56,797 bases of DNA, taken from the IMG/VR virus record IMGVR_UViG_3300045586_000026, positions 1-56,797 of that record; one strand, 5' to 3'. Under the pieces are notes generated by a model, which saw nothing but the letters and a program-made list of their open reading frames with translations, was not told the origin of the DNA and ran no database searches. This DNA is from a virus (taxonomy: Duplodnaviria > Caudoviricetes). Shown one piece after another: positions 25,518 through 37,809 of the stretch (the stretch's first letter is position 1; the number at the start of each line of letters is the position of its first letter). A program made the translations under genes and the position numbers.

Positions 25518-27534
25518 AACGGTGTACAATAAATCGTCTATTTGATATAATTGATCTATCAAAACAAGGACACCAGATGAAAGTCAAGACAGCAGTTAAG
25601 AGAGTTGAAGAAGCGGTCAACTACGGTGAGTTCAAGATGGCTAACCACCTGTTGAACAAGTACCGCAAGCGCTTTGGCAATCGTCACTTCACCTACTGGC
25701 TGCGTCTGAACATTGCCAACGGACTGTATTTCAACTGCTGAACATTACTTTAAGGACTATATGAACACAGTAACAGCAACCTTCTCGAACCTAGACTTCA
25801 AGAACTTTGACCAGTACAAGGAAGATGCCGCTTTCCTGGGTCTGAGCATGATTCGGTTCCGCGTAGAGGACTTCAAGCTGGTCACGTTTGACCTGAAGGG
25901 CAACTACGAGATGATCAAGACCTTCACTGGTTGGATCAACAATCCTCAGAACTGGACAGACGAGGCTCTGGAAGATGCCAAGATCATGGAGCTAGCCGAG
26001 TTCTACCAAGGAGACCAAGAATGACTGTGAAACAAGACACCCAAAACCAGCAAAAAGGTCTGGTTCAGGACCGCAAGACCGGCGAATGGTACGATCCTAA
26101 GGCCAAGTTTGACGAGTTGATGAACAAGCCTGAGATCATGGCTGTCCTGCAACGGCTGAAAGTCCGCTAATAGTTGACTAATTTAGTATACTACTGGTGT
26201 ACAATAAATCGTCTAAATGGTATAATTGATCTATCAAAACAAAGGAACCAGTATGAAATTGAAGCACGGTTATATTGTGAAGGGCATGTCAGAAGACGCA
26301 CAGGAGTTCTCATACGGCAAGTACGATACAAAGCACCAGGCGTTAAAGTCGTATCTCTGGTCGATGAAGGATATTAACACATCCGCTGAAGAGAAGAAGA
26401 CTCTCCGTATCCTTGAGCTTGTGGAGCATGATATCACCGACGAGCTCATGGCCAAGTATGATGAGGTTAATAGTTGACTAATTTAGTATACTACTAGTGT
26501 ACAATAAATCGTCTAAATGGTATAATTGATCTATCAAAACAAAGGAACTAGCATGAACAAGACAATCGACTCCTCCACTGGCGGCACTATCTCCATGACC
26601 TCTACCGGTCTGATTCACAAAGCTGGCCAAGGTGCCTACTCGGGTCGTATCGCCGAACTGGGTATCGAGTGCAAGGTTGTTGATGCTGTCAAGCGCGGTC
26701 GTGGTCGTCCTAAGTTGGCTACTTCGACCAACGGCTTCTATGACTTCTCTGCCTTCCAGACCACTGTCAAGCTGAAGAAGTTCGAGGGCAACGTTACTGT
26801 CGTGAAGGCTCGTGTATGAGCTTCATGATTCAGTACAAGGATGGCTACGGAGCACTCCATAACGTGGAGGTTCTAGCTGAAGACATAGATCAAGCTTGGA
26901 AGATCGCCGAGGGATTCATGCTCAATACCGACAAGGTACAACAGATCTGGAAGATGTCGTGAGCAAGTCTACCCACTATCGACAACTCCTAGTCGAGGCC
27001 TTAGCCGAATCCTACTGGAGGGACTACGAGGAGATGGTTGAGCTCGAGGAGACATGTCTAGACAAGACCAGCCTGCGCCGTTGCCGGAAGGGTCAACTCC
27101 ACTACAAGACCCTCGCCTTGATCTATCAGGACCGGAGCCAGAAGCTCAAATAGTATACTAAAACAGTATACTACTAGTGTACATTAAATCGTCTATTTGA
27201 TATAATTGATCTATCAAAACAAGGATAGATTATGAACTTAGAAATCGGCACCAAGATCCAGTACACATGTGCTCTCGGAACCCTCGTTGGAACCATCTCG
27301 AACATCCGGATTGCTCCTACTGCTAAGAAGGGTTTCCTAAACACTTGGTTGACTCTGGACCTGCCAGTTCAGGAAGGTCTCGGCAGCGCTCACAAGACTC
27401 AGATCGCCGGCGACAACTCCAGCTTGAAGATGTTCAAGGTAGCAATAGTATACTAAATCGGTATACTATTGGTGTACAATAAATCGTCTATTTGATATAA
27501 TAGATCTATCAAAACAAACAAGCAAAGTAACAAA

Positions 27535-28440
27535 ATGAACACTAGCATCTCCTTCGACAAAGCCTCTTCTAAGTACACTTGCTCCATCGAAGGTACTTCC
27601 TTCAAGACCGGTAAGAAAGACTACATCGAGTACATGTTCAAGAAGATCACCGGTGTGAAGAAGTCCTTTGACGAGATTGCTGGCACCGTCAAGGAAGTCA
27701 AGTCTGATCGCTTCTGTATCAACCAACGCTTCTCCTTCGTGGAAAAGCTGATCTCCATGGTTGCCTCTGGTGTTCAACCCTCTGCTGTGATCACTGGTCA
27801 AGGTGGCCTTGGTAAGACCTACACGGTTACTAAGACCCTGACCAACGCTGGCTATGTTGATGCTTCTACTCTGGCAGACTTCCAAGTCGGTCAGGTCGTG
27901 CAGCGCTCAAAGATGTTTGTGACTGTCAAGGGTTACTCTACTGCTAAGGGTCTGTTCCGTACCTTGTTTGAGAACAACGGTTCGGTTATCGTGTTCGACG
28001 ACTGTGACTCGGTGCTTAAAGATCCAGTTGCTTTGAACCTGCTCAAGGGTGCTCTGGACTCCTACGGCAAGCGTATCATCTCTTGGAATGCAGACATGAA
28101 GGATGAAGATCTGCCACGTAGCTTTGACTTCACTGGTAAAGTGGTGTTCATCTCCAACAAGGCTCAGAACGACATCGATCAGGCAATCCGCTCACGTAGC
28201 ATGATGATCGACCTTGCAATGACTCTGGACCAGAAGATCGATCGTATGGACTTCATCTCCAAGAGCGATGAGTTCATGCCTGAGTACAGCATGGAAGTTA
28301 AGACTGACGCTATGAACCTGATCCGTGCACTCAAGGATGACGCTAAGGAGATCAGCCTGCGTACTCTAATCTCTGTCTCTAAGATTCGTGCTTCTAACAA
28401 GGATTGGAAAGATCTGGCAGAGTACATGTTGGTTGCATAA
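27535..28440 (+). CDS. P-loop (AAA-like) ATPase
   Basis: Walker A GQGGLGKT, Walker B IVFDDCD, AIRSR arginine finger. Confidence 0.88.
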   Translation: MNTSISFDKASSKYTCSIEGTSFKTGKKDYIEYMFKKITGVKKSFDEIAGTVKEVKSDRFCINQRFSFVEKLISMVASGVQPSAVITGQGGLGKTYTVTKTLTNAGYVDASTLADFQVGQVVQRSKMFVTVKGYSTAKGLFRTLFENNGSVIVFDDCDSVLKDPVALNLLKGALDSYGKRIISWNADMKDEDLPRSFDFTGKVVFISNKAQNDIDQAIRSRSMMIDLAMTLDQKIDRMDFISKSDEFMPEYSMEVKTDAMNLIRALKDDAKEISLRTLISVSKIRASNKDWKDLAEYMLVA

Positions 28441-28496
28441 ACGGTGTACATTAATTAGATCTTTTATAATAGATCTATCAACAAGGACACTGATCT

Positions 28497-28832
28497 ATGA
28501 CTCTGGCTGACATGATCGCTCGCCAAAACAACAAGTGCCACTACTGCTCCTGTGAAATGAATCACATTGCAAAGTCTCCTCAGCTGGCAACAGTTGAGCA
28601 CTTGGTTGATAAGTGGTCAAGCCCCAAGCACATCAGAAATGATGATCCATCAAACTTGGTTGCTGCTTGCTTTGAATGCAATAACTCTCGTGGCAATGTT
28701 CGTAATCGAATTGCCCGAGATTACTATAAGACTCAAGCAGCTAAGAAGAGTATGAAACTTGCTATTGCATCGACATCAAGTCGACAACTCTATTCACTGT
28801 TCGGCTCAATCCCACAACACATCTTTGCATAA
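28497..28832 (+). CDS. HNH endonuclease-like protein
   Basis: CHYC...ATVEHL...NLVAACFECNNSRG. Confidence 0.85.
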   Translation: MTLADMIARQNNKCHYCSCEMNHIAKSPQLATVEHLVDKWSSPKHIRNDDPSNLVAACFECNNSRGNVRNRIARDYYKTQAAKKSMKLAIASTSSRQLYSLFGSIPQHIFA

Positions 28833-29193
28833 AACTGTGTACAATAAATCAAATTCGTGGTATAATTGATCTAATCAAACAAGGACACCAAAGTGAACTT
28901 ATCTACACAGCAAATTTCCAGAGCAAACACACTCAATTCTCTTAAACAAAAAGAGTACGCCTATCACCCACATAAAATGGTACTCACTAACTGCGATGGG
29001 AAATTGATGGACCCTATCGTCTCCTATGGAAAATACGCATATTGGCATTCGTATCTAAGCGATAGCGTATCTAATGAACAATCTGGATGGTACGCTGAGC
29101 CTGTAGGCGACGTTAAAAACTACACAGCCATTAAAAACAAGTTCAAAACGATTAAAAATCGTCCTACACATACTGTAGCATAGGACACGAAGA

Positions 29194-30485
29194 ATGAACG
29201 AACGAATCAAACAACTTATGGCACAGGCTGATAAGTTTGCTGCAGAAAATAAGACACAAACTATTAGTGGTCTGGGTAATAACTACTTTGAACTCTTACA
29301 CGAAAAGTTCGCCGAGTTGATTGTTCGGGAATGCTTGGACATTCTGGACGATGAAGACGACGGTAGTACTGACACGAAAAGTGTTCGCATTGCCGCATAT
29401 TGTATTAAGAAAAATTTCGGAGTTGAAGAATGACACTACAATTTAACTGTCACAAACGAATTGGTATTACGCCAGGGGCTAGGGTGTCTCGTGAACCTTA
29501 TGGAAAATTAGGAACAGTCTATATTTTACGATTGTGGTGGAGTGCGTTGACTTTAACATTGTTTCGGAGTTGAAGAATGAAGTGGAATAAACAAAAAGAA
29601 GCAATCGGTACGAGGGAAACAAAAAATTGTTTTGCTTGGCTTCCTGTTGAATTAGATTACCCCGAAAATGAAGTTGTGTGGCTAAGGTGGTATAAGATGG
29701 ACCTTAGATACGGCTATTATGGATGGGATCATGAACCTTATGCCTGGATCGTAGGCAAGAAATATTTAGAGGTTGAAGAATGAACGAACGAATTAACGAA
29801 CTCATTAAACAGTCTTATGTGACTGTCCGATCCCAGAACGACAGGGATGTTACTTATTTCAGCCAAGAAAAGTTCGCCGAGTTGATTGTTAGAGTATGTG
29901 GTTATCATGCTGATGTGTTTGAATCACTTGGATGTCCACAGGACATGGACCCAACTGAAACAAAACCCAGTGACTATATCAAGAAACATTTCGGAGTTGA
30001 AGAATGATTACACTATTCATCTGGACCGTGGTAGCTATGGGACACGGTAGTACCGCTAGAGACTGGAAACAGTTAGCTCAATTTGAGACTATCGCCCTCT
30101 GCGAGGAGGCTGTACGATCCATGAACCTACAGGACAGGCACCGTTGCTTGAAGACAAAATGAACGAACGAATTAAAGAACTTTTAGAACAGGCTGGCGTA
30201 AAATATGTCACTATGCCTAAAGACACGGTATACGAAAAGTTCGCCGAGTTGATTGTTAGTCATGCTATCGAATGTGTGCGTGATGTACTACGCGAGGAAG
30301 ATTCAGATTTGAGTTATGCTGCTGCATCACAGGTACAAAAACGGATCAAGCAACATTTCGGAGTTGAAGAAATAATGGAAGATCAGCCTGACGAAATTGA
30401 GTACTGCCCTACATGCGGAGAAGAGTGGAGCGGTACTAGTTGTGGCGCTCTTCGATGTGGTTGGATTGAAGGAAACGAAGAATGA
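29194..30485 (+). repeat. Paralogous MNERI...EKFAELIV...HFGVEE small-gene family with shared junction sequence
   Basis: ORFs at 29194, 29780, ~30159 (also 31431); junction TTCGGAGTTGAAGAA or close variant five times. Confidence 0.85.
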
Positions 30486-30901
30486 AACTATTTTTAGATA
30501 CAGAATTTAATGGCTTTGGCGGTAAGTTGATGTCTATGGCCCTAGTACCAGAGGATGACCGAGTACCCAATTGGTACTGTGAACTAGTCATGACCGACCA
30601 GTTACATCCTTGGGTCAAGGAGAACGTGGTACCGCATATGATCCTAGTACCCTCCACGATGGCGCAGTTTCAGGCTAGTCTGTCTGCGTATCTCTTTAAG
30701 TTTCCATACATTACTATCGTTGCCGACTGGCCTGATGATATTAGGTACTTCTGCGAGTCGCTGATCGTTGGTCCTGGAGAGCGAATCATGCTTCCCGCTG
30801 TGATCAAGTTTGAGTTAGACCTAAACATCGAGTACGAATCGAAGGTTCCACATAATGCACTCCACGATGCTATTGGTATCCGGGAGTACTACAGGAAATG
30901 A
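30482..30901 (+). CDS. DEDDh 3'-5' exo(ribo)nuclease
   Basis: FLDTEF...DWPDD...HNALHDA. Confidence 0.85.
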   Translation: MKLFLDTEFNGFGGKLMSMALVPEDDRVPNWYCELVMTDQLHPWVKENVVPHMILVPSTMAQFQASLSAYLFKFPYITIVADWPDDIRYFCESLIVGPGERIMLPAVIKFELDLNIEYESKVPHNALHDAIGIREYYRK

Positions 30902-31733
30902 TTCTAGATACTGACACCAAGGAGCAGATTAATGCTTTCGACGAGTGGACTAAACTAACCGCAGACTTCTACGATAGACAGCGGCATCACAGTGGCGCGG
31001 TTGGATACGAAGAGATAGAATGGGACGCATTTCAAATGGGTTGGAACGCAGCAAAGATACACTTTGGAGTACAAGGATGATTATATCAAATTTAAGGCTC
31101 GTCACGGATGAAACTACCTTTGGACCTAATGCCATAGTAGATGTAAAGATTCCGTTGATGACTTTATATGAAATACCCTTGATTAACGAGGAAGTCAGAA
31201 ATGAAATTCTATTAGCAATCGGCAAAGAATTAGTTGAAAAAATCAATGATATGCGCAAAACGGAGTACACGAATGAAACCCGAGAAGTTTAAAGAGTTGC
31301 TAGACGAGATTGAAGAGTTCATTGGTGGACACAACCTCAGCAATCCACACTACCTATTCGACGAGGACATCATCAAGGTGTTCTCCCACTACAAGAAGAA
31401 GCATGTTAAGAAAGCACTAGAGGAATTACGATGAACGCACGATTTGATGAACTATATAAGCTGAGCTGTACTCATAAAGTAGGAGTGGATTATAATAACA
31501 ATCCTATGTATGAGATTAGGCAGAATCCCAGCCTATTCGCCGAGTTGATTCTACAGGAAGTTCTAGCTCAGGTGGACGCGGTGATTGCAGATCTGGACAA
31601 GGACGGAGAAAAGCAACAATCCCTAGGAGCAGAATGGGCTGGTTATGCCATCGCGAAGCACTTCGGAGCAAAATAACGGTGTACATTAAATCGTCTATTT
31701 GATATAATAGATCTATCAAAACAAGGACAGATC

Positions 31734-32180
31734 ATGAAAAAAGGTGAGATGCTCGGAACAATGCTGGTCATTGCCACCAACGCCCACGCTGGTCAATTCG
31801 ACCGTGGCGGTGCTCCCTACATCTTGCATCCTCTGAAGGTCATGCACTACCTCAAGAGTGACGACGAGGAGCTCATGTGTATGGCTCTTGGTCATGACGT
31901 GATCGAGGACACTCCAGTAACTTACAAGGACCTACGGGACGCTGGTATCTCAGAACGAGTTATCACCGGCATCCGGGCTTTGACTAAGCAACCCGGCCAG
32001 ACTCTAGACGAGTACAAGGCCGGTGTCTTCGCCAGCGAGGATGCCATGCGAGTCAAGATGGCCGACCTACGGCACAACACAGACATCCGTCGCCTGAAGG
32101 GTGTTACAGAAAAGGACATTGCTCGAATGGCAAAGTACCATCTGTTCTACACGGAGATTAAAGTTCGTCTGGCAGCATAA
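31734..32180 (+). CDS. HD-domain hydrolase (SpoT/Mesh1-like small alarmone hydrolase)
   Basis: AHAGQFDRGGAPYILHP, GHDVIEDT, VKMADLRHN. Confidence 0.88.
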   Translation: MKKGEMLGTMLVIATNAHAGQFDRGGAPYILHPLKVMHYLKSDDEELMCMALGHDVIEDTPVTYKDLRDAGISERVITGIRALTKQPGQTLDEYKAGVFASEDAMRVKMADLRHNTDIRRLKGVTEKDIARMAKYHLFYTEIKVRLAA

Positions 32181-32994
32181 AACAGTGTACATTAAATCGT
32201 CTATTTGATATAATAGATCTATCAAAACAAGGACAGATCATGATAGTATACACACTGCTGGGATTCAACGATTACGAAGGTTCGGATCTAGTGGGCGTGT
32301 TCCACCGTCTGGTAGACCTGCAGAAGGTAGTACAGGAAGGTAAGTGGTACTTTGACCACATGGGTTTTGTGGAGTCTCGTCTAGGCGAGAAGATAGAAGA
32401 CGTACTGGGACGAGTGGAGTACGTGCTCTTTACACGGTACAATGGCGAAGTTCGTGAAGTAAACTAAGGAGAATAGCATGGCTTACAATAACGGCGGTTT
32501 ATATGACCAAGAGGCGGAGTACGCCAAGAAGACTTTGACCGAGTTGTATGCCATTCGTACACAATTCGAGTTGGCGGTGGTAAACTACCCACAAGGACCT
32601 AAGATGTTCAACGAGCACCTACAGTGGGTCAAGGCTAAAATTGCAGAACGTATTGGAAAGAAATGACTAAAGAACACAGTAACTATCTAATCGCCCTCCG
32701 GGATTCCGGAGTTACCAACATGTGGGGAGCCGGAGCCTACTTGGAAGCCTACTTCGGGCTTTCTCGTAAAGAGGCAAGTGCAATCCTAGTCGAATGGATC
32801 GAGAGTTTCAAATGAAAGTACCTATCAGTGTATGGCTGTCCGGCCTCGTGGTATTTGGCTATAGCGCCTACGGCTTCTACCAGAATCCTTTGGCGTGGCT
32901 ATCGGCTCTAGTTTTAGCGATTCTAGTCGCTTCTTTTTTACGAATAGTCTATTGGTTTATTGAAGGAGAATAAAATGTTGAATAATGTAATGTC

Positions 32995-33321
32995 ATGAGT
33001 GACTATACACCTGACAAATGGATGGTCATCAAGATCACCATAGCGAAAGCTTCACACTATCGAGTGTTCGCCTGCTGGTATGGCGGCTATACGGGAAGTG
33101 ATTCGTGGAAGATGAATTCTGGAATCACCGCTGCGACTCAAGACGAGAATGGCTACCACTTCACTGGATCCTCTGGATCTGTCTACCATTGCCATAAGGA
33201 TGGCTACGGTATTAGTGGCTATGGTGCTAGCGTGCTGGCAGGATTGTCTAAGTCAGACAAAATGAGCATCGAACACCTGCCGGAAGAAACAAATTTCTTG
33301 GAGTTAAACTATGAAGATTGA
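32995..33321 (+). CDS. Conserved phage hypothetical protein
   Basis: YTPDKW..YRVFACWYGGYTGSDSWKMNSGI. Confidence 0.8.
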   Translation: MSDYTPDKWMVIKITIAKASHYRVFACWYGGYTGSDSWKMNSGITAATQDENGYHFTGSSGSVYHCHKDGYGISGYGASVLAGLSKSDKMSIEHLPEETNFLELNYED

Positions 33322-34878
33322 AGAATACGTATCCCAGCTAGAATCCATTTCGGATCCAGAGCTAGTGTCACAAATCGCCGAGTGGCCTTTGGAGACTAAG
33401 CTCTATATGTACCTACACAACATCCAGTTGTCGTACATGATGCAATTCATGGAGAAGCTCGATGCCCGCTAATGGATGGCGCAAACGACAGATCGGCACC
33501 CTACATGCAGAGATCGACCAGTTCGAAGAAGTCATGGCAGAACGGATCTTAATCGAGGAAGAAATTGAGATGCTAGAGGCAATGATCTTCAATGCTTCTG
33601 GAGATGTCAACGGGCAGATGGGAGTAGATCTAGACTCTAGCCTGAAGCTGGCCCGTGAGAAGCTTAAAAGCCTATAATAGTATACTAAAACAGTGGCCTA
33701 TTAGTGTACATTAAATCGTCCTTTTGATATAATAGATCTATCAAAACAAGGATATAACATGAAAAGCTTCCTCAAAGACCTCTTCCAAGCCTCTATCGCA
33801 GCTCTCCTGATCGGCTTTCCCTTCATCATCTATTTTTACCAGATGAAACCATGAGCAAGAAATTCGAAATTGACGGCGAGACTGCCGATCGTATCACAGT
33901 GCTGAACTTGATCGACTATCGTAAGTACCTCAAGAATGAACTGAAGGATTACCGCAAGGGTGGTTATCTGCACAGTGAAGACGTGGTAGGCAACCTCAAG
34001 CGTATCGAAGCTCTCACGCTTATCATTGGTGATTTTAAAACAGGAGATGAAGGATGATTCAATATTGGCCACAGCTCACATATGTAGCTCTGCTCGTCTT
34101 TAGTCTGGGCATTTCGCTAGAGCAACACGGTAAACCAAAGACTGGCAATCATAGTTTTTGGATCTCTACAGTAGCTACTGCTCTCACGCTATGGTTGCTC
34201 TATGAGGGCGGCTTCTTCAACGTTAAAGGAATCGTATGAAATTTTTTGAATGGATGCAACGTAACGCGTTCAAGATCGACGTCACCGTCGCGAGTATGAA
34301 TATGCTTGGTGGTATTATGAGTTTGATTGCGGGTAGTTATATAAACGCTGGAATTGGTTTTGCTATAGCCGCAATTTTCTTTAACGAAGCAAGGAAGTAC
34401 AAATGAACGAAGTAACTCTACATCGCGATGATCTGGAGACAATCCTGCAATTCATGAAGAAGTATCCCACGGCGGACTTTACGACTATCTCGGTCGACTC
34501 GTCTTCTGGCATAGGATCCATCGTGAAGGCAAGTGTCTTCGCAGTAGTGAATGGCGATCCAGTGACTATCACTAAAACAATCGTGGATGAATCGTCATGG
34601 TAGTAAAATCTGCAAACGGCGTGACCGGGTGCCTGCTTCGAGTAGGCTTCACTGAGTGGGTATTTCGCGTGCACTCGGACGATGGCTTCAAGGATTATGA
34701 CCTGATTCACTCTGACCTACAATTTACGATCTGTGATCCCGATGCGGCCTTCTACGAAGATGGTGATAATCTAAAGTTAGACCACTCGCCGGAAACTCTT
34801 GGACTTGAAAAATAAGATTGTACAGCAATTCGTCTGTATGGTATAATAAACTCTGTATTACATTAATTGAAAGAATAT

Positions 34879-35358
34879 ATGAAAATTGCTTTGGGTACTC
34901 TCTTCCCTGAACTAGAATCTGGTTTCACTTCTGGCTACACCGCAGACGAATATGGTTATATCTGGTCGACCCGACAGGGTGCGGAACGCCGACTGACACT
35001 ACAGTCTAATGGTGTCAAGTATGCTTACACTTGCATCAACAAGCCAGATGGCTATCGTCGTGGCAAAGCTATTACAGCTACTGCATCGATCAAGCGACAA
35101 GATGTCATTGATCGTCTAGCAAAGCATAAGAATGTTGGATCTACGCCATTCCATCCTGCTCTATTGTCTACTAGTGGTTATATCGTTGGTAGTGTTACTC
35201 TAAGTGGTTTGTCCTTCGCAGCATATCCAAAGATTCATAAGAGTCTCGCTGAAGTACGAATTGAGACTGAACGTCTGGCAAAGACTAATGCCGGTAAGAC
35301 TTTCGTCTACCTAGAGATCAAAGGTAACTGCACTGCAGGTGGAGTCAACTGGAGCTGA
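34879..35358 (+). CDS. Hypothetical early protein
   Basis: Promoter ~34819-34847, ATG 34879. Confidence 0.7.
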   Translation: MKIALGTLFPELESGFTSGYTADEYGYIWSTRQGAERRLTLQSNGVKYAYTCINKPDGYRRGKAITATASIKRQDVIDRLAKHKNVGSTPFHPALLSTSGYIVGSVTLSGLSFAAYPKIHKSLAEVRIETERLAKTNAGKTFVYLEIKGNCTAGGVNWS

Positions 35359-36467
35359 TATGAAAGAGTGTTGCAACGGTAATTGTGACCAAGGGCGTAC
35401 TTGTCCTAACCGAGTACCCTCTGAAGATATTGTCGACAACCTGCGTAAGCGAGCTGAGATTCGTCGACAGATCTCCACTAGGAAGTCGGTTCAAGAAGGG
35501 AAGCCTGATCGGATCGCCGACCTGCTAGAAGAAGCTGCTGATATGATTGTGACCCTCCGCTGGGCACTTTCACTACATACTAAGGATTGATTATGGATGA
35601 TGTGATTGGATGGGTTTTCGCTATTTGGTTGGCTATCACTACGGCGTTTACTATCAACTTTATGATTACGGACTATAGGAACTTTGATCATGTCGTGAAA
35701 GCCTGCCAGACGACTGGTTATATTCAGGACACTAAGACCCGAGTAATATGTGCTCCAGAAAAGCCTGTAGATCGTAACTAAGATGATGGACAAGCTCAAG
35801 GATCTATACGCAGATCCTAGACATCCTATATTATCAGAAGTAATAAGGGTTCTGGACAGCCAGAAAGTCTGGAATGGTATGTCCTACACGTACCATCCAC
35901 TTCGTCCAGAGCTCTATAGGCCTCTTGCTGACAAAGTTAGTGAAGAAATCACTAAAATAGCCGCAGAATACGGTCTTTAGGCCTATATGAATCAACAACT
36001 TAGACACCTCAAAGTGACGTACGTACATGTTCATTGTCAGGATGTATGGTTACCCACTTGAGGCTTTTCGTGTCACTTGAAGACAGCATTTAGCGGTGTA
36101 CATTAATTCGTAGTCGATATATAATAGACCCACAACAGCAAAAGGTCTACTATGAACTACACGTTGATTACTCGCACAGGCAAAGTCTTCACTTTCTATG
36201 TAAAAGCAGTTGCTGAAACGTACTTGAGTGCCTATGGTGGTACTTTAGTTGACAATAGCGTACTAGAGAAATCGCTCGCAATGTCATGAAGGTCCTACGG
36301 GATTTTTTTAGATTCTGTAAACATGTCGTACTAACAGTTTATGTTAGTATAACGATCGCTATAATGCTCTTAATGGGCATGTTGATGTTTGGTATTTTAG
36401 GCGAAGTTCTTAGATACATCCTATCTGCATTATAAATATATGATTAATAGTCCTCACTCATAAAAAA

Positions 36468-37462
36468 ATGACTACACCTACAACTCCAATTTCTTTTTCT
36501 GATATTCAAACTGAATTCGGCGGTAACAACCCCATAAGTTTAAGCGAATATTACAAAGGTGGTGGATACGTTCCATCTAGCCAATCGTATGGCGGTGGAT
36601 ATGGATCCATGTCAATCGGTGGCGCTATCGAAATGTATAATTTCCGTAATAAGCAGAAATTCGTTAGTGGCTCGCATGGATTTGACACAGTAGGCACTAC
36701 TGGCTGGGTTGTTCCATCATACGTAGGTGCTATTAATATACGTGCTGTTGGCGGCGGTGGTGGCGGCGGTGGTGGCAGCGCACGTTCTGGTCGTCAAAGT
36801 CCTCAAGAAGCGGTCGGTGCTGGTGGCGGCGGAGGCTGCGCCACCGTTTATCAAACGACAGTAGCGGTAGAACCGGGTTCTACCATTTGGGTTGTAGTCG
36901 GCGGCGGCGGCGGTGCCGGCGGTGCCAGAGATGGTACTTATAGCGCAGGCTCGTCCGGTGGCGCTGGTAGTCATTCTGGTGTCTTAACTCCATCTCTCAA
37001 GGCGCGTGGCATATTCTTTCATATGGCGCAGCGGGCGGTCAAGTAGGACAAGATAATGCCAGATCAGCGGGTGGCGTGCGCGGCGCAGACAGGGCTGCTG
37101 GCGTTGGCACTATATACAATTACGCCGGCGGCGGTGGCGGTCAAGGAAAGAACGACGGCGCTACGACAACTACAACTGTCGACGGCAAAAATGGTTCAAC
37201 GACTACGACAACTTACACTTATAATACGCAAGGTGGATTAGGAGCTTATGGCGTTAATATATGGGGAGATACCGTTGGTAATTCTGGTCCTGGCGGATCG
37301 TTTAATGATGGTCACGTAATTGGTGATAGAGGTTACGCTACTGCTGTTACGTCTCCTGATTATGGCGGCGGCGGTGGCGGTGGATCCGGCGGTAATCGCG
37401 GCGGCTCCCCATATTATAATGGAGCCGCTGGCCAGAAGGGCTGCGTTGTCATCTGGTATTAA
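36468..37462 (+). pseudogene. Glycine-rich tail adhesin-like gene interrupted by a 1-nt frameshift near 36985
   Basis: ISFSDIQTEFGGNNPISLSEYY N-terminus and poly-Gly motifs; the Gly-rich sequence continues in the -1 frame to ...GCVVIWY. Confidence 0.7.
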
Positions 37463-37484
37463 TTAATTAATTAAAGGAAAAAAA

Positions 37485-37808
37485 ATGGAATTCAATTGGA
37501 AAATAGTATCAGCTGATGATACCACTCACTCTATAACAGTAGCTTATTGGACTGCAGATCACCCAGAGCAAATTCAAGTAAATATAGTAGCGCCAGCGGT
37601 TGGCGTTGACGTTGCAGAGTACGTTGCAAAATTTGTGCCGAGCTTTATTAAACCAGTTACAGATTATCAGTCAATTCAAATTGGTGTTGAAGGAACTGCT
37701 ACTTTAGCGCCTGTTGTGGTGACAGAAATGCCTCCTGCGACTATTCCAACTCCAGAAGTTACAGTCACTCCTATGCCTACGATAGAAATCCAAAAAGTAG
37801 TTGTATAA
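37485..37808 (+). CDS. Hypothetical late protein
   Basis: AAGGA RBS, 107 aa. Confidence 0.8.
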   Translation: MEFNWKIVSADDTTHSITVAYWTADHPEQIQVNIVAPAVGVDVAEYVAKFVPSFIKPVTDYQSIQIGVEGTATLAPVVVTEMPPATIPTPEVTVTPMPTIEIQKVVV

Positions 37809-37809
37809 T

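Larger units (their letters stand above)
24505..33751 (+). repeat. Dispersed repeated promoter-leader cassettes preceding early genes
   Basis: GTGTACAWTAAATCGTCTA..TATAATWGATCTATCAAAACAA at about 24505, 24942, 25192, 25522, 26197, 26497, 27177, 27472, 31679, 32185, 33704; ~80 bp near-perfect duplicate at 26169 and 26469. Confidence 0.9.

Noticed and set aside
28497-28832. HNH gene as part of an intron or mobile element
   Set aside because: Free-standing with its own promoter and RBS; no interrupted gene or intron core visible.
24505-33751. Recurring ~45-bp repeats considered as a CRISPR array or integron attC sites
   Set aside because: Spacing is gene-sized and irregular, repeats are clear promoter/RBS units, and no cas operon or integrase is present.
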